Shown: one piece after another, positions 18,467 to 29,100 of the stretch
Layout: each line of letters opens with the position of its first letter
How positions within the stretch are numbered: the stretch's first letter is position 1
DNA from: a bacterium UBP14_UBA6098
GTDB taxonomy: Bacteria; UBP14; UBA6098
DNA: 64,000 bases
Assembly (NCBI GenBank): GCA_002428525.1
Contig: DIWU01000003.1
Coordinates: forward strand, 16,662 to 80,661
Direction of reading: 5' to 3'
Position numbers and translations under genes: made by a program
The notes under the pieces: generated by a model
Databases searched by the model: none
The model's input: only the letters and a program-made list of their open reading frames with translations
What the model was told of the DNA's origin: nothing

Positions 18467-19097
18467 GGCCGATCGGCATGAAATAGCGCGGCACCCCCGG
18501 AACCGCAAATAGCTCGGAAACCGCGTCATCATTGAATGCGCCGATTGCGACTGTGGATAGGCCGAGTCCTTCGGCGGTCAGATAGATATTCTGGCCGATA
18601 TGGCCGATCTCCATGTCAACATAGCGCTCAGCGCGGTCGCCGTAGCGTCCGGAGGTTCTATTCACCACCGCGAAAAGGCAAATCACACAGGCCGCGGTTC
18701 GTAGCGAGCCCTGTCCGAGGGCGGCCCCGGCGAGGGCCTCCGCAAAATACCCCTCGCGAAGCAGTGAGAGCGAATGGCCGGCTTCGTTGTATTTGTAGAT
18801 GCCGGGCGCAAGGCCCTCGACGCGTTCGACCAAGAGATAAGTGTCTATCGGATAGGTAGCCCCTGCACTCGGGGCCGCCCGATGCCCCGAGGCGGCATCG
18901 GTGATCCCCGCCGACGACCAAAGCAGTTCTGCGGCTTGATCCAAAGAGATAGCTCCCTCGGCGAAAACTCGCCTGCTTCGGCGGTTTTCAATCGCGCTGT
19001 GGAGGTCGATATCGTTGCCGGGCGGAGGCGGAAGCTTTACTATTTGGCTCATCGCTGATAACCCCATGAATGCTAATATGTAAATCGCTAACTTCAC
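18456..19097 (-). CDS. Nitroreductase-family (SagB-like) oxidoreductase
   Basis: 213 aa. RRSRRVF motif and nitroreductase-fold similarity (...GATYPIDTYLLV...PGIYKYN...). No adjacent YcaO gene. Confidence 0.65.
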   Translation of the reverse strand: MKLAIYILAFMGLSAMSQIVKLPPPPGNDIDLHSAIENRRSRRVFAEGAISLDQAAELLWSSAGITDAASGHRAAPSAGATYPIDTYLLVERVEGLAPGIYKYNEAGHSLSLLREGYFAEALAGAALGQGSLRTAACVICLFAVVNRTSGRYGDRAERYVDMEIGHIGQNIYLTAEGLGLSTVAIGAFNDDAVSELFAVPGVPRYFMPIGLRK

Positions 19098-19101
19098 CGC
19101 T

Positions 19102-19710
19102 CTATTTCTTGACTATTTCAGCCTTTTGAATATAGACTTTATTTGCAGGTTTACCCATACGAGGATCGGCCATCTGGACTTCGGCTATCTTATCAACGAC
19201 CTCGATGCCCTCCTTGACAGCACCGAAGACAGTGTAGCCGCCGTCGAGATGCGGTGCGGCCTGATGGCAGATGAAGAACTGGCTTCCGCTCGAGGCCTTC
19301 TCCGGGTTGACCTGATCACCCAAACGGGCTGTGGCCAAGGCTCCGCGGACATGCTTGAGATCGGTGATCTCCGCGGGGATTGTGTAGCCCGGGCCGCCGG
19401 TGCCGTCACCGGTAGGGTCTCCGCCCTGAATCATGAAGCCCTTGATGATCCGGTGGAAGGTCAATGAATCGTAGAACCCCTCCTGCGTGAGTTTGAGGAA
19501 ATTCTCGACGGTCTTTGGGGCTTTGTCCGGGCGAAGTTCGACGAGGATGTCGCCAAAATCAGTCTTTAAGCGGACTAAAGGCCTTTCGGTTGCTTCTTGA
19601 TTCGGTTGCGTCATTTGTTGATCTCCTTTCATCGCTGACATCTCGGCCTCTTTACATCCGGTCATAAAAACCGCTACGCAAAAAACCGCGAGCAGAATGG
19701 CTTTCTTCAT
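19102..19710 (-). CDS. Peptidyl-prolyl cis-trans isomerase, cyclophilin type, predicted lipoprotein
   Basis: 202 aa. Lipoprotein signal MKKAILLAVFCVAVFMTGC. Cyclophilin core ...FHRIIKGFMIQGGDPTGDGTGGPGY... Confidence 0.9.
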   Translation of the reverse strand: MKKAILLAVFCVAVFMTGCKEAEMSAMKGDQQMTQPNQEATERPLVRLKTDFGDILVELRPDKAPKTVENFLKLTQEGFYDSLTFHRIIKGFMIQGGDPTGDGTGGPGYTIPAEITDLKHVRGALATARLGDQVNPEKASSGSQFFICHQAAPHLDGGYTVFGAVKEGIEVVDKIAEVQMADPRMGKPANKVYIQKAEIVKK

Positions 19711-19724
19711 TTCGTTCCTCCGTT

Positions 19725-22418
19725 CTATTTTTGGTTTGTCGAATTTGTTGGGGTGATGTTGTATTTTTTTAATTTACTTCGCGCCATTGCGACGAGAGAA
19801 TCGTTTTCCGAGACCTGAATCAGCCATTCCCAAACACGCTTAGCATCGGAGAGAGAGCTTCGCGATTCGAGTGAAATCGCGAGGTCGTAGAGCAGGCTCT
19901 GATCCACGGTGGCGGGGCATTTGGAGGTCGAGACAACAGGGTTCGGGACTAACCTCTCAACCGCGAGATCGACCCATCCGAGGCGGAGGGCGTGTTTGCC
20001 CATCTGCACTCCAAGCTCGCACTTGAGGCTATCCTGAGGCAGTGTATCGAAAACCGCCCTCGCGAGGTCGAAGCCGTGCTCGAAATCGGCCATGGAATAC
20101 ATGACGCGCACAAGGCCGATAAGCGCTTGAAGCCTGAATTGAGTAAGGGCGCGCTCGTTTTCGTAAATATTCTTAAAAAGTATCTCCGCTTCGGGGAACT
20201 TGCCGAGACGCTCATAGCTGGCCGCGAGTTTCAGTTCGGCGAGGGCGATCTGCTCTTCGTTTTTGGCAAACTCGAGAACTCGGTTGTAGGTGGCGGTGGC
20301 CGATTCGAACTCACCTATAGAGTGGAGATAATCGCCGAGCGCAATAACTCCGCGTGCCGCGGTCGCCGAGGTGTCGAACTCGCCTAAAAGTTGCCCGAAG
20401 ATCTCGCCCGCGGCGGTCGTGTCGCCCATGCCAAGATAGCAGAGGCCCATGCGATAGCTGGCCTCGATCCAAAGCGAGTCGGGGATATTTCGGTGGCGCA
20501 GGCGGTCGAAGGCGATAGCGCCCTTTTCGTAGTCGCCGACATTGCAAAGATAACTTCCGATATCGAGGAGAATCTCGCCTATCAATGGCGAATCGGGGTA
20601 TTTTTGAAGGAATTTCTCGGAGACCTCGAGCGGATTTGAGTAAATTCCGGCTTGGAATCGCGCCCTTTCGCCGAGGATTCTGACCCGGTCGGCCTTTTCG
20701 CGGGAGATCGAATAGATATCGACTTGATCCGAGAGCGGTATCAGCTTTGTGAAGTCGCGGCGGCTGAAGAGGATATCGGCATACTGCGAGACTATCTCCT
20801 CCGCGAAGGGGCTTCTGCGGAATTTCGCCATGAACTCCTGCGAGGTGACGATTATTCGGTCGGTATCGCCGGTGGCCTTGTAGGCCTTTATCAGGTCGAA
20901 GAGGATATCATCGACGAGGTCGTCGTGTGCGAGGGGCAAGAAATCGTTAAGTTCGGCGATCGCCCGCTTCGGCCTGCCCTCGAGCAGGAAGGTTCTCGCA
21001 TAGGCGTGTCTGGCGGACTGGGAGAAATCGTCTTCGAAGCCGGAGAAGACCGAGGATAGGTGGATTCTCGAGTCGTCGTAGTTTCGGAGCTTCAGGTATG
21101 ACCATCCGAGGCCCCAGCTGGCCTCTCTGAAACGGTTGTTGCAACAGCTTTGAGTGATCTTGTAAAAATCTACCGCCTCCGAATACTGCTTGCGGTTGTA
21201 TGCGCATTCGCCGGCGAAGAGGAAACATTCGCCGGTGAGGGTTTTATCCTCGGCGGTCTCCGCGGCTTGCAGGAATCTTTCTTGGGCTGTGACAAACTCG
21301 CCGTCCTCCATGAAGAGGTAGGCGATTCTCATAAGGACATCGGCGTAGAGGTCCGGGGAAAGGGCCTCGAGCAAGGCGCTGTCGCGGGCGGCGTCTGTGG
21401 CGCGCGTCTCGATTTCGCTGATAATCGAGAGATAGGGCAATCGGCCGATATACGGCGATTCGGGGAAGGAGTATTCGAGCTTCTGAAAGCGCCGGACCGC
21501 AACGATATGGCGCCCCTCCATAAAATCGACGGCTCCGAGCATGAATTGCGCCTCGTCCGACCACCAATGGGCGGATTTTCTTTGGGAGAGGTCGTAGAAC
21601 TCGAGGGCTTCGGTGAGGTAGTTTCGGCAGGAGGCCCAGTCCTCGCGGGCGAAGGCTATCGACGCGAGGCGATATTTGATCTCGCCGCTCAGGAGGCTAC
21701 GTGGAAATTTTTCGAGCAGTTCCTCGAAGGCCGCGGTAGCGAACTCCGTCTGCCCGAGTCGGCTGTAGGACAGGCCGAGAAAGTAGCCGGATATCAGTCT
21801 GAGTATATTCTGGCTGGAACCGTCTCGAGAGATGGGTATGAAGACCGTGATCGCGGAGTCGTATTCGCCGCCGGAGAAAAGCCATGCGCCGAGCCAGAAC
21901 CTGCCCCACGGCGGACTTCGGGTGCTGAACACCTCGCGGACGACGGATTTATCGCCGGCCTCTTGGGCCATCTCGCCGATCCAGAAAGCGGCCCAGTCGG
22001 CGAGGGGCGAGCCGTTGGGAATCGAGGCGATCTCCTGATAGTTACGGAGCGCGCGGTCGTTCCATCCGGCGCTTTGGAAGCTATAGGCCCGAAGGAGAAT
22101 ATCGCGGGTGTCGGTGCTTGCGAGTGTCCTGCGCGGGACGAAGAAATGCACAGCCTGCGGTTCTTTATCGAGAAGGCCCCTTGCCCAATAGCCTGAGAAG
22201 GGGCTTTGATCCGGTCGAGAGGAAATAATCGACGTGGCGAAAACGAGGCACAGCAGGAAGGGCCTAAGGCCTTTCGATAGCTTGATCCTCCTCGATCTCG
22301 TTTCTATTCGGGCTATATACTTGTGAGAGTCCGACGCCAATCGATGTCTCGCTTTTTCCCCAATAACTTGTCTCCAACGATAGAACATAACCTTTGCCGA
22401 GGTCGATGTCAAGCCCAA
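19725..22418 (-). CDS. Large tetratricopeptide-repeat protein, probably secreted
   Basis: Up to 897 aa, with many degenerate TPR units throughout. The annotated 5' end overlaps the upstream beta-barrel gene by ~155 nt, so the real start is probably near 22283, just before the hydrophobic segment LRPFLLCLVFATSIISS (signal-like). Confidence 0.65.
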   Translation of the reverse strand: MGLTSTSAKVMFYRWRQVIGEKARHRLASDSHKYIARIETRSRRIKLSKGLRPFLLCLVFATSIISSRPDQSPFSGYWARGLLDKEPQAVHFFVPRRTLASTDTRDILLRAYSFQSAGWNDRALRNYQEIASIPNGSPLADWAAFWIGEMAQEAGDKSVVREVFSTRSPPWGRFWLGAWLFSGGEYDSAITVFIPISRDGSSQNILRLISGYFLGLSYSRLGQTEFATAAFEELLEKFPRSLLSGEIKYRLASIAFAREDWASCRNYLTEALEFYDLSQRKSAHWWSDEAQFMLGAVDFMEGRHIVAVRRFQKLEYSFPESPYIGRLPYLSIISEIETRATDAARDSALLEALSPDLYADVLMRIAYLFMEDGEFVTAQERFLQAAETAEDKTLTGECFLFAGECAYNRKQYSEAVDFYKITQSCCNNRFREASWGLGWSYLKLRNYDDSRIHLSSVFSGFEDDFSQSARHAYARTFLLEGRPKRAIAELNDFLPLAHDDLVDDILFDLIKAYKATGDTDRIIVTSQEFMAKFRRSPFAEEIVSQYADILFSRRDFTKLIPLSDQVDIYSISREKADRVRILGERARFQAGIYSNPLEVSEKFLQKYPDSPLIGEILLDIGSYLCNVGDYEKGAIAFDRLRHRNIPDSLWIEASYRMGLCYLGMGDTTAAGEIFGQLLGEFDTSATAARGVIALGDYLHSIGEFESATATYNRVLEFAKNEEQIALAELKLAASYERLGKFPEAEILFKNIYENERALTQFRLQALIGLVRVMYSMADFEHGFDLARAVFDTLPQDSLKCELGVQMGKHALRLGWVDLAVERLVPNPVVSTSKCPATVDQSLLYDLAISLESRSSLSDAKRVWEWLIQVSENDSLVAMARSKLKKYNITPTNSTNQK

Positions 22419-23088
22419 CTAACGGTTTTGGATACTGTTGGGGGTCGTTGTAGAGGCCGGTGAGTTTGGCGTATGGCTCGCTCGAGTTCTGCGAGTATGC
22501 TTTGCGATATCTTCTGCCGGTGAGGTAGGTCCATTTGACGCCGAGGTAGGGAATCGTTCTGCCGAACTGCCAACTGCCGTAAAGCCCGATATCGACATGC
22601 TGAAATCGGTAGGAGTCAACATAGTGAAGAACGCCTCCGCCGAAGAACACCTCGTCGTTGCTGACTGTAGTGAGCCAGTTCGTGACGGCGTAAAGCCGGA
22701 CCGGCTGTTTCGAGATTCTGCGGCAGTTGAAGGCCGGATACCATACGGCGAAATGGGTTTTCATCCCGAGGCCGAAGGCGAGCTCTTGGCTTCCGTTGAA
22801 GTTGGAGTAGGCCCTCGAGACAGCGGGGAAATTGAGGTCGGCCATGCCGAGAAGGCCATAGGCCTCAGTCCAACGGAAGATCCCGAGCGAGGGCTTGACG
22901 ATCAACCTTTGGGAGTTGAGGTTGTAATTTGGGCCGACCTCGTAGCGAATAAGCCATTTTTCGTAGTCGAACTCCATGGATAGCGAGAACTTTTCGTAGG
23001 GCGTCTCCTTCGTCGGGTTTCCGATGAGAAGGGCCATCGTCGGGCCGGCGAGGGCGAGCATTAGGTTTAGAAGTAGTATCCGCTTCAT
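22264..23088 (-). CDS. Putative outer-membrane beta-barrel protein (~275 aa), encoded 22 nt after the giant lipoprotein gene
   Basis: GGAGG RBS followed by an ATG at 23088. Signal peptide MKRILLLNLMLALAGPTMA. Alternating aromatic/hydrophobic strand-like segments rich in Y/W/G (FAVWYPAF, VRLYAVTNWLTTV, VDIGLYGSWQFG, LGVKWTYLTG, YVLSLETSYWG). Its size fits a 10-14-strand barrel. Confidence 0.5.
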   Translation of the reverse strand: MKRILLLNLMLALAGPTMALLIGNPTKETPYEKFSLSMEFDYEKWLIRYEVGPNYNLNSQRLIVKPSLGIFRWTEAYGLLGMADLNFPAVSRAYSNFNGSQELAFGLGMKTHFAVWYPAFNCRRISKQPVRLYAVTNWLTTVSNDEVFFGGGVLHYVDSYRFQHVDIGLYGSWQFGRTIPYLGVKWTYLTGRRYRKAYSQNSSEPYAKLTGLYNDPQQYPKPLVGLDIDLGKGYVLSLETSYWGKSETSIGVGLSQVYSPNRNEIEEDQAIERP

Positions 23089-23110
23089 TGTTTTCCTCCG
23101 GCCTTTCGCA

Positions 23111-26100
23111 TTAGTCTCTTCTGCCGAGATAAGCCTCTGCGGGGACAATAGCAGTCTGAGGCGGAACCTCGGCCGGGATTTCGAATTCAGAGGGCGGCGA
23201 CGGGCGGCGTCTCGAGGAGTATGTCACGGGGACATTGATTGTTCCGCCGGTGCTGTTGATCCTCGCGATGATGACGCCCGAGCTTGGGTAGTTAGTATCC
23301 GGCGCGGCCGCTACCGTGAAAGAGATCTCTCCTGTCGGGCCGGTGACGCCCGATGTCGGGGGCAAGACGGTTGCGTTTGCGCCGAACAGCTCGACCAGCT
23401 CGCCGCAGATCGGGTTCTTCCATTGATCGACGATACGGACGCTGACGGGGAAGTCATAGCCGTAGGGCACGCTTTCCGGTGCGGTGATCTTGGATTCCTC
23501 GGAGTTGGGCGTGTCGTGTTTGAGGAAGATTGTGTCCGACTGACTTATTCCACCGACCGTGCCGGTGACCCTTGCGAGGCCGCCGGTGTCCGAGGCGCAA
23601 TAGTTGTCGATATAGACATTGCGGGCGGTGTATCGCCCGATGGCGTAGCTGGCGTAGCACTCGTTAGTTGTGTAGATCGGCGAGATCACACTCCCCCAGT
23701 CTGTGACGAGCTGAACAGTCGTGCTGTCGGTGACTGGATTCTCGTTGACATCCCAAACATCGACGCGGACATCGGAGAAGCCTGTCGAGTCGGCATAGGT
23801 GAGGCCCGGCAGGACGCTGATATCGATTCGGTTCGGCCTTCCGCTGGCATAGAATGAAACCGAGCCTTGGCGGATTCCGCTTGTATCTCTTGTTTCCGCG
23901 GTGACTTCGACGACGCCGTCTGTGCGCGGACTCGAGGAGAACCATGTCGCGAAGGCGAAGCCGGAGTCGTTGGTTGTGGCGGAGGTTGTGATCGCGCCCT
24001 CGTCGGAGGTGAACCACACAGCGGTTCCCGGGGCGACCGGGTTGAGGAACTCGTCGGTGATGATTGCGAGGATCTGGTTGGGAACGCCGTCAACATCCCA
24101 GCCGCGGACATTGCATTCGTATGCCGAGACGGAGACATTGCGGGGAAGCCCGCTTCCGACCGTGATTCTCGGCGCACGCGTGACGAAGGTTCCGCCGCCG
24201 GGGAGGTAGGCTGTAGCCTCGACGACGATTGAGCCGGATCTGTCGCCGGCGCGGAGTGTCGCGCTGGCTCTGCCGTTGATTGTATAGACCGTGTCGCTAA
24301 TAAGGGTGCCACCGGGGATAAGCTCGGGATCGAGAGAACCTCCGGTTGGATATGCGACGATTCGGAAGACGACAATACTGCTGTCGCGGACGGGGTTGTC
24401 GTATTGGTCGTAGATGACTGCGCTGATGACCGATTGATCGACCTCGCCGACACCGCGGATATAGATGAAGTCCCGGCTGACAGCAATGTCAGTTGTATGC
24501 GGCGGGCCGGCGTAGAGGAGGAAGTCCTTTCTCGCAGTGAGAGAGCCGACGCGGGCAACGATTCCAGTAAGTCCGGCTTTTAGGCCGGGGGCATAGTTTG
24601 TTCGGTAATTACCGCTGTCGTCGGTGGCGACGACAGGGTCTGCGATACTTCCCATACCGGTGCTATCGACTGAGATATAGACATAGGTTCCGCGCGCGAC
24701 CGGGTTTCCGGCGGCGTCCGTGACCATGCCTGTGACTGCGCTGAGTGTGCTACTTCCGACAGTCGCGGTATCGGGTGTGACGAAGATGGTGATTGCATCG
24801 GCCGGGCCGGCGTCATAGATGACCTCGACGGCGATTGTTTCGGTTTGGCAGGAGGCCCAAACTGTATCGACGCTCGGCCTGTCGGCGGAGACGAGAATCG
24901 CGGTCGCGACGCCGCTTTCGAGGGAATCGAGCGGCGCGATCAAGCCGTATTTAGCGGTGAATCTAACGATAACGCCGTCGGAAACCGGGTTGCCGAGGCT
25001 GTCGGTGACGATAGCTCGGACATTAGCGGTGGAGGTTCCGTCTGCGGGAAGGCCGCGCGGGGTCACAGAAAGGGCGATATTCGCAGTCTTGGTCGGGATG
25101 AACTCCACCGGCAGATAGCCTGTGACGCCGCCGGTCGAGGCCTGAAGATAGGTGTTGCCTATTCGGTTCGGCGCGGTGATTCTGAAGGGCAGTCTGCCAT
25201 CGGAGCCGGTGACGCCGATCGGAGGAACGACGGTTCCGGTGGCGAGCGTGAGGTTGAGCGTCGCGCCCGGAATTCCGTTTCCGAAGGCGTCCTCGACGCT
25301 TATCGAGGCCTTGATCGTGTCCTCGCCGTCGGCCTTAAGTTGGACATAGTTGATTTGCTCGTAGTCAAGTGCTCCGAGCGTGTCGAAGCGAATTGTCGAG
25401 ACATTGCCCGGCTGGAAACTGACCTCGAGCGTTTCGACCGAGGCGATCGTGTCGAAGCCGCCGAGGCCGTCCGGAAGGATGCAGTAGGCGTAAATGGATG
25501 TGCTTCCGACGAAGGTCGGGGCTATGAGGTTTATTCGGGCGAAGCCGTCGGAGGTTGTGACGAAGCTTGGGTTGAGCAGGGCGGGCTGGCTTCCGGGGGT
25601 GACGATTTGGCCGAAGCGGACGCCTGTTCCGTCGGCGATCTCCATGCCGGAGGAATCGGTGACGAAGGCGGAGACTTGGGTGGAGCTGACGCCGTCGGCG
25701 GGCATAAAGCGGTCTGCGACGGAGACATGTATCTCGTTGACATTTGTCGGCTGAAGCTCGACCTGCGTGATTCCGTCGGCGCCCTCGCACTCGGCGCGGA
25801 TGATCGCCACACCGGCGTATCTTCCGGCCCTGAAGGGGACATCGACGAGGCCGTCCTCGTCGGTGACATCGGCGGCCCAGATTGTGCCGTAGCCTGCGGG
25901 TTCAACGGAGAAATTAACCACATGGCCGATTCCGACCGGGTTGCTGGCCTGATCGAAGACCTGTCCGAAGATTCGGGTTGTATCGGTCTCGTTGGCTGTG
26001 AGAATTAGGTCGGCGGAGCTGAGCAGGATATAGTCCGGCGGGCCGGAGATGAAGCTGATCGTGTCCCACACTTCTATAAGGCCGCTTCGGGCGTAGAGAG

Positions 26101-29100
26101 TATCGAGGCCGGTGGAGGTATAGGAGCTGATAGTTGCGCGGGCGATACCGCCGGTAGTCGTGGCGAAGATCGGCGTGATGCTTCCGAGGTTGAGGCCGTA
26201 GAAGCGGACTGTGGTGCCGTCGGAGATCGGCGAGCCGAGGGAGTCGAGCACGACCACCGAGACCTCGGCGGTGCTTGAGCCGTTCGCGATGAGGGTCGGC
26301 GGGATGATAGTAAGCGTGACATCGCTGACCTGAGTCGAGATGAACTCGATCAGTATATTGCCCGTTGCGGAGCCGGAGGTGATTGTCACATTGGAGAAGC
26401 CGCTTGTGTTTCCGGCGATGAGCCTGACTGTGACATAACCGGCGGTGTCGGTGTAGGAGGTTGGGATTATCGTTCCGAGGGTGGCCGAGAAATTCACCGC
26501 GACGCCTGAGGCGACGGGATTGCCGTATTGATCGAGAACTCGGACGGTAATCATCGATGAATCGACGCCGTTTGCCTCGATAATCTCGCGATCGGCGGTC
26601 ACTTCGATGACTGCCGGCGGCCCGGGAATAAACTGGACGAACTGTGTATCGACGGCCGCTCCGCCGGCGCTGGCGGCCACTGCTACCGAGTCGAAGGGGC
26701 TGGTTCCGGCCTTGAGAGTGCTAAGGGCGATTCCGCCCGAGGTATAGGCGACTGCGGGATTGATTATACCGTGCGTTGTGCTGAAGCGGACAATCGTCCC
26801 GTCGGAGACGGGCAGGCCGGCCGAGTCGAAGACGACCGCGGTGAGACTTGCGGTCGAGGAGCCGTTCGAGATGAGAAGCGGCGGATCCACAACTAAGACT
26901 AAGGAATCCGCGGTGAGCGGGATAAATTGGATCGTCGCGTAGTTAGTCGCGCTTCCGCAGGTGGCCGAAAGGCTTGCGACGCCGTAATCGGTGCCGGAAA
27001 CGACGACCGCTTGGGCGTAACCGACGCTATCGCCGGGCCAAACTCCACCGGTGGCGCTGATTGGAGTGACATAGCCTTTGTTGATGCTGAAGTTGACCGC
27101 GAGGCCGTTAGCGACGGGGTTTCCGAAGGCGTCGCGAACTCGGACGATAACGGTTTGCGTGTCTGCGCCGTCGGCGATCATAGTCGGGTTGATCTGGTGG
27201 AAATCGAGAATCGATGGCGCTCCCGCGACGAACTCGACCGCGACGGTATCCTTCAACGTCTCAGTGACTGTCGCGACGACTTGATTATCACCGACGATAA
27301 CACCGGAGGTAAGCGTCGCAGTGGCTTGGCCGCCGCTTGTATAGACAGTGCGCGGGTTGACGACACCGGTTCCGATCACTTCGAGGAAGACGGGAGTCCT
27401 ATCGGAGACCGGGCGGGAGCCGTCGATGCTCGAGGTGTCCAGCACTGTGACGGTTATATTGCTTGTCGAGGTGCCGTTTGCGATGATACGAACCGGATTC
27501 GCGACTAAATCGACGAAGTTCGCCTCGATGGCGAGGTATTGGATTACCCTGCTTCCGACCGCGGAACCGCTACGGGCGGTAAGCAGTGCGGGGCCGGTTT
27601 CGGTGCTCGAAATATAGGTTCTCGCCCTTCCGGTGGCGTCCTCGACGACTGTCGGCGTGATGACCGTGCCGCGGGTGGTTTCAAAGGAGACGCTCGTGCC
27701 TATCCTGACCGGATTTCGGAATTCGTCGAGGACATAAACGGCCTGTTCCATTCCGCTACCGTCGGCCGGAAGCGAATCCGAGAAGGCCGGATCGAACTCG
27801 ATAACCGCGGGGTCTCCCGGCTCATAGACAACCGAGACGACATCCTCGACGGTGGCGCCAACCGTTGCGCTGATACTATCTGTTCCGACGGCCAGCGGCG
27901 CTGTGAGCGTCGCCGTTGCGATTCCGCCGGAGGTGAAGGCGATGCGCGGGTTGATTATTCCGTTGGGCGCGGCGTTAATATGCTGGAAGGACACGCGCGT
28001 TCCGTCGGAGACCGGCAGGCCGACCGAGTCGAAGACATAGGCGGTCACTTCGGCGGTGCTGATACCATCGCCGGGGAGCCTTGCGGGAACTATATTCAGG
28101 ACGATTTCGGCGGCGAGTAGCGAATCGAAGCGAACTTGAACGAAATCGATGGCGTCGCCGCTTCGTATCGTCACGAGGGCGTCACCGGGGACTGTGCCGG
28201 AGGTGAGGCGTGTCGTCGCGAAGCCGCTGGTGTTTGTGAAGGCGGTCGCGCCGATCGACCCGAGTGTTGTTGTGAAGGAGACGGCGGTTCCGGGGGTGAC
28301 GGGGTTGGAATATCTATCGAAGACGGTGCAGGAAACCGCGACATTGGAGGAGCCGTCGGCGAAGATAGAATCGAGTTCGGCGTAGGCATCGAGGCGGTTG
28401 GCCGGCCCCGGAAGAAGTCTGAGTGTCATGTTAGCCGTATCGGATTCGGCTGTAGCCCAAACGCCGATCTGGCCGGCCAGAGTGTCCGAGCGGAGGTAGA
28501 TCGTCGCGATGCCGGAATCGGTGAAGGCGATCGCGGGTTCGGGGTGCGCCCATCCGACCGAATCCACCCAGAAGGTGACTTGCGTGCCGTTGGAGATGAG
28601 GTGTCCGCCGTCGGAGTAAACATGGGCATAAACCTTGGTTCGGCTTGTGCCGTTGGCCCTCATCTCGGTCGAGTCGGCGAAGAGGACGATATTATCGACA
28701 TCGGTCGGGTGCATATAGACCTGATGGTATCCGGCGGCGTCGTCGCAACGTGCCTGAATGATCGCATCGCCGGGCTGAATATCGGCGGTAAGTAGCGCGC
28801 GGGCGACGCCCATCGTGTCGGTGATTGCCGAGCTGACGATTGTTCCGCGGTTGGTTTGGAAGCTGACTGTTTTGCCGGCGAGCATACGGTTGCCGTATTG
28901 GTCTAAGACCCGGGCGTAAATGGTTATATCGTCGAAGCCGTCGGCCCAGATCGTGTCTCTGCCGGGGTAGTCGAGGTCGAGGGTGTCGGCCCAGACCTCG
29001 ATTGTCGCGGCGGGGCCGGGGATGAGGAGGATTCGAATGCTGTCGCTAATCTCCACCGCGGGGATGACGGTTGTGTCGGTGACGGAACCGATGACCCACG

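Noticed and set aside
18456-19097. SagB-like nitroreductase as a marker of a TOMM/RiPP biosynthetic cluster
   Set aside because: No YcaO cyclodehydratase, precursor peptide or other RiPP genes are nearby. It is most likely a stand-alone nitroreductase-family oxidoreductase.
23111-23400. Type B T9SS C-terminal domain (gliding-motility/CHU_C type) on the giant protein
   Set aside because: The C-terminal ~100 aa lack the conserved ...PNGDG.ND.. signature I associate with that domain. The tail is Pro-rich and unrecognised instead.
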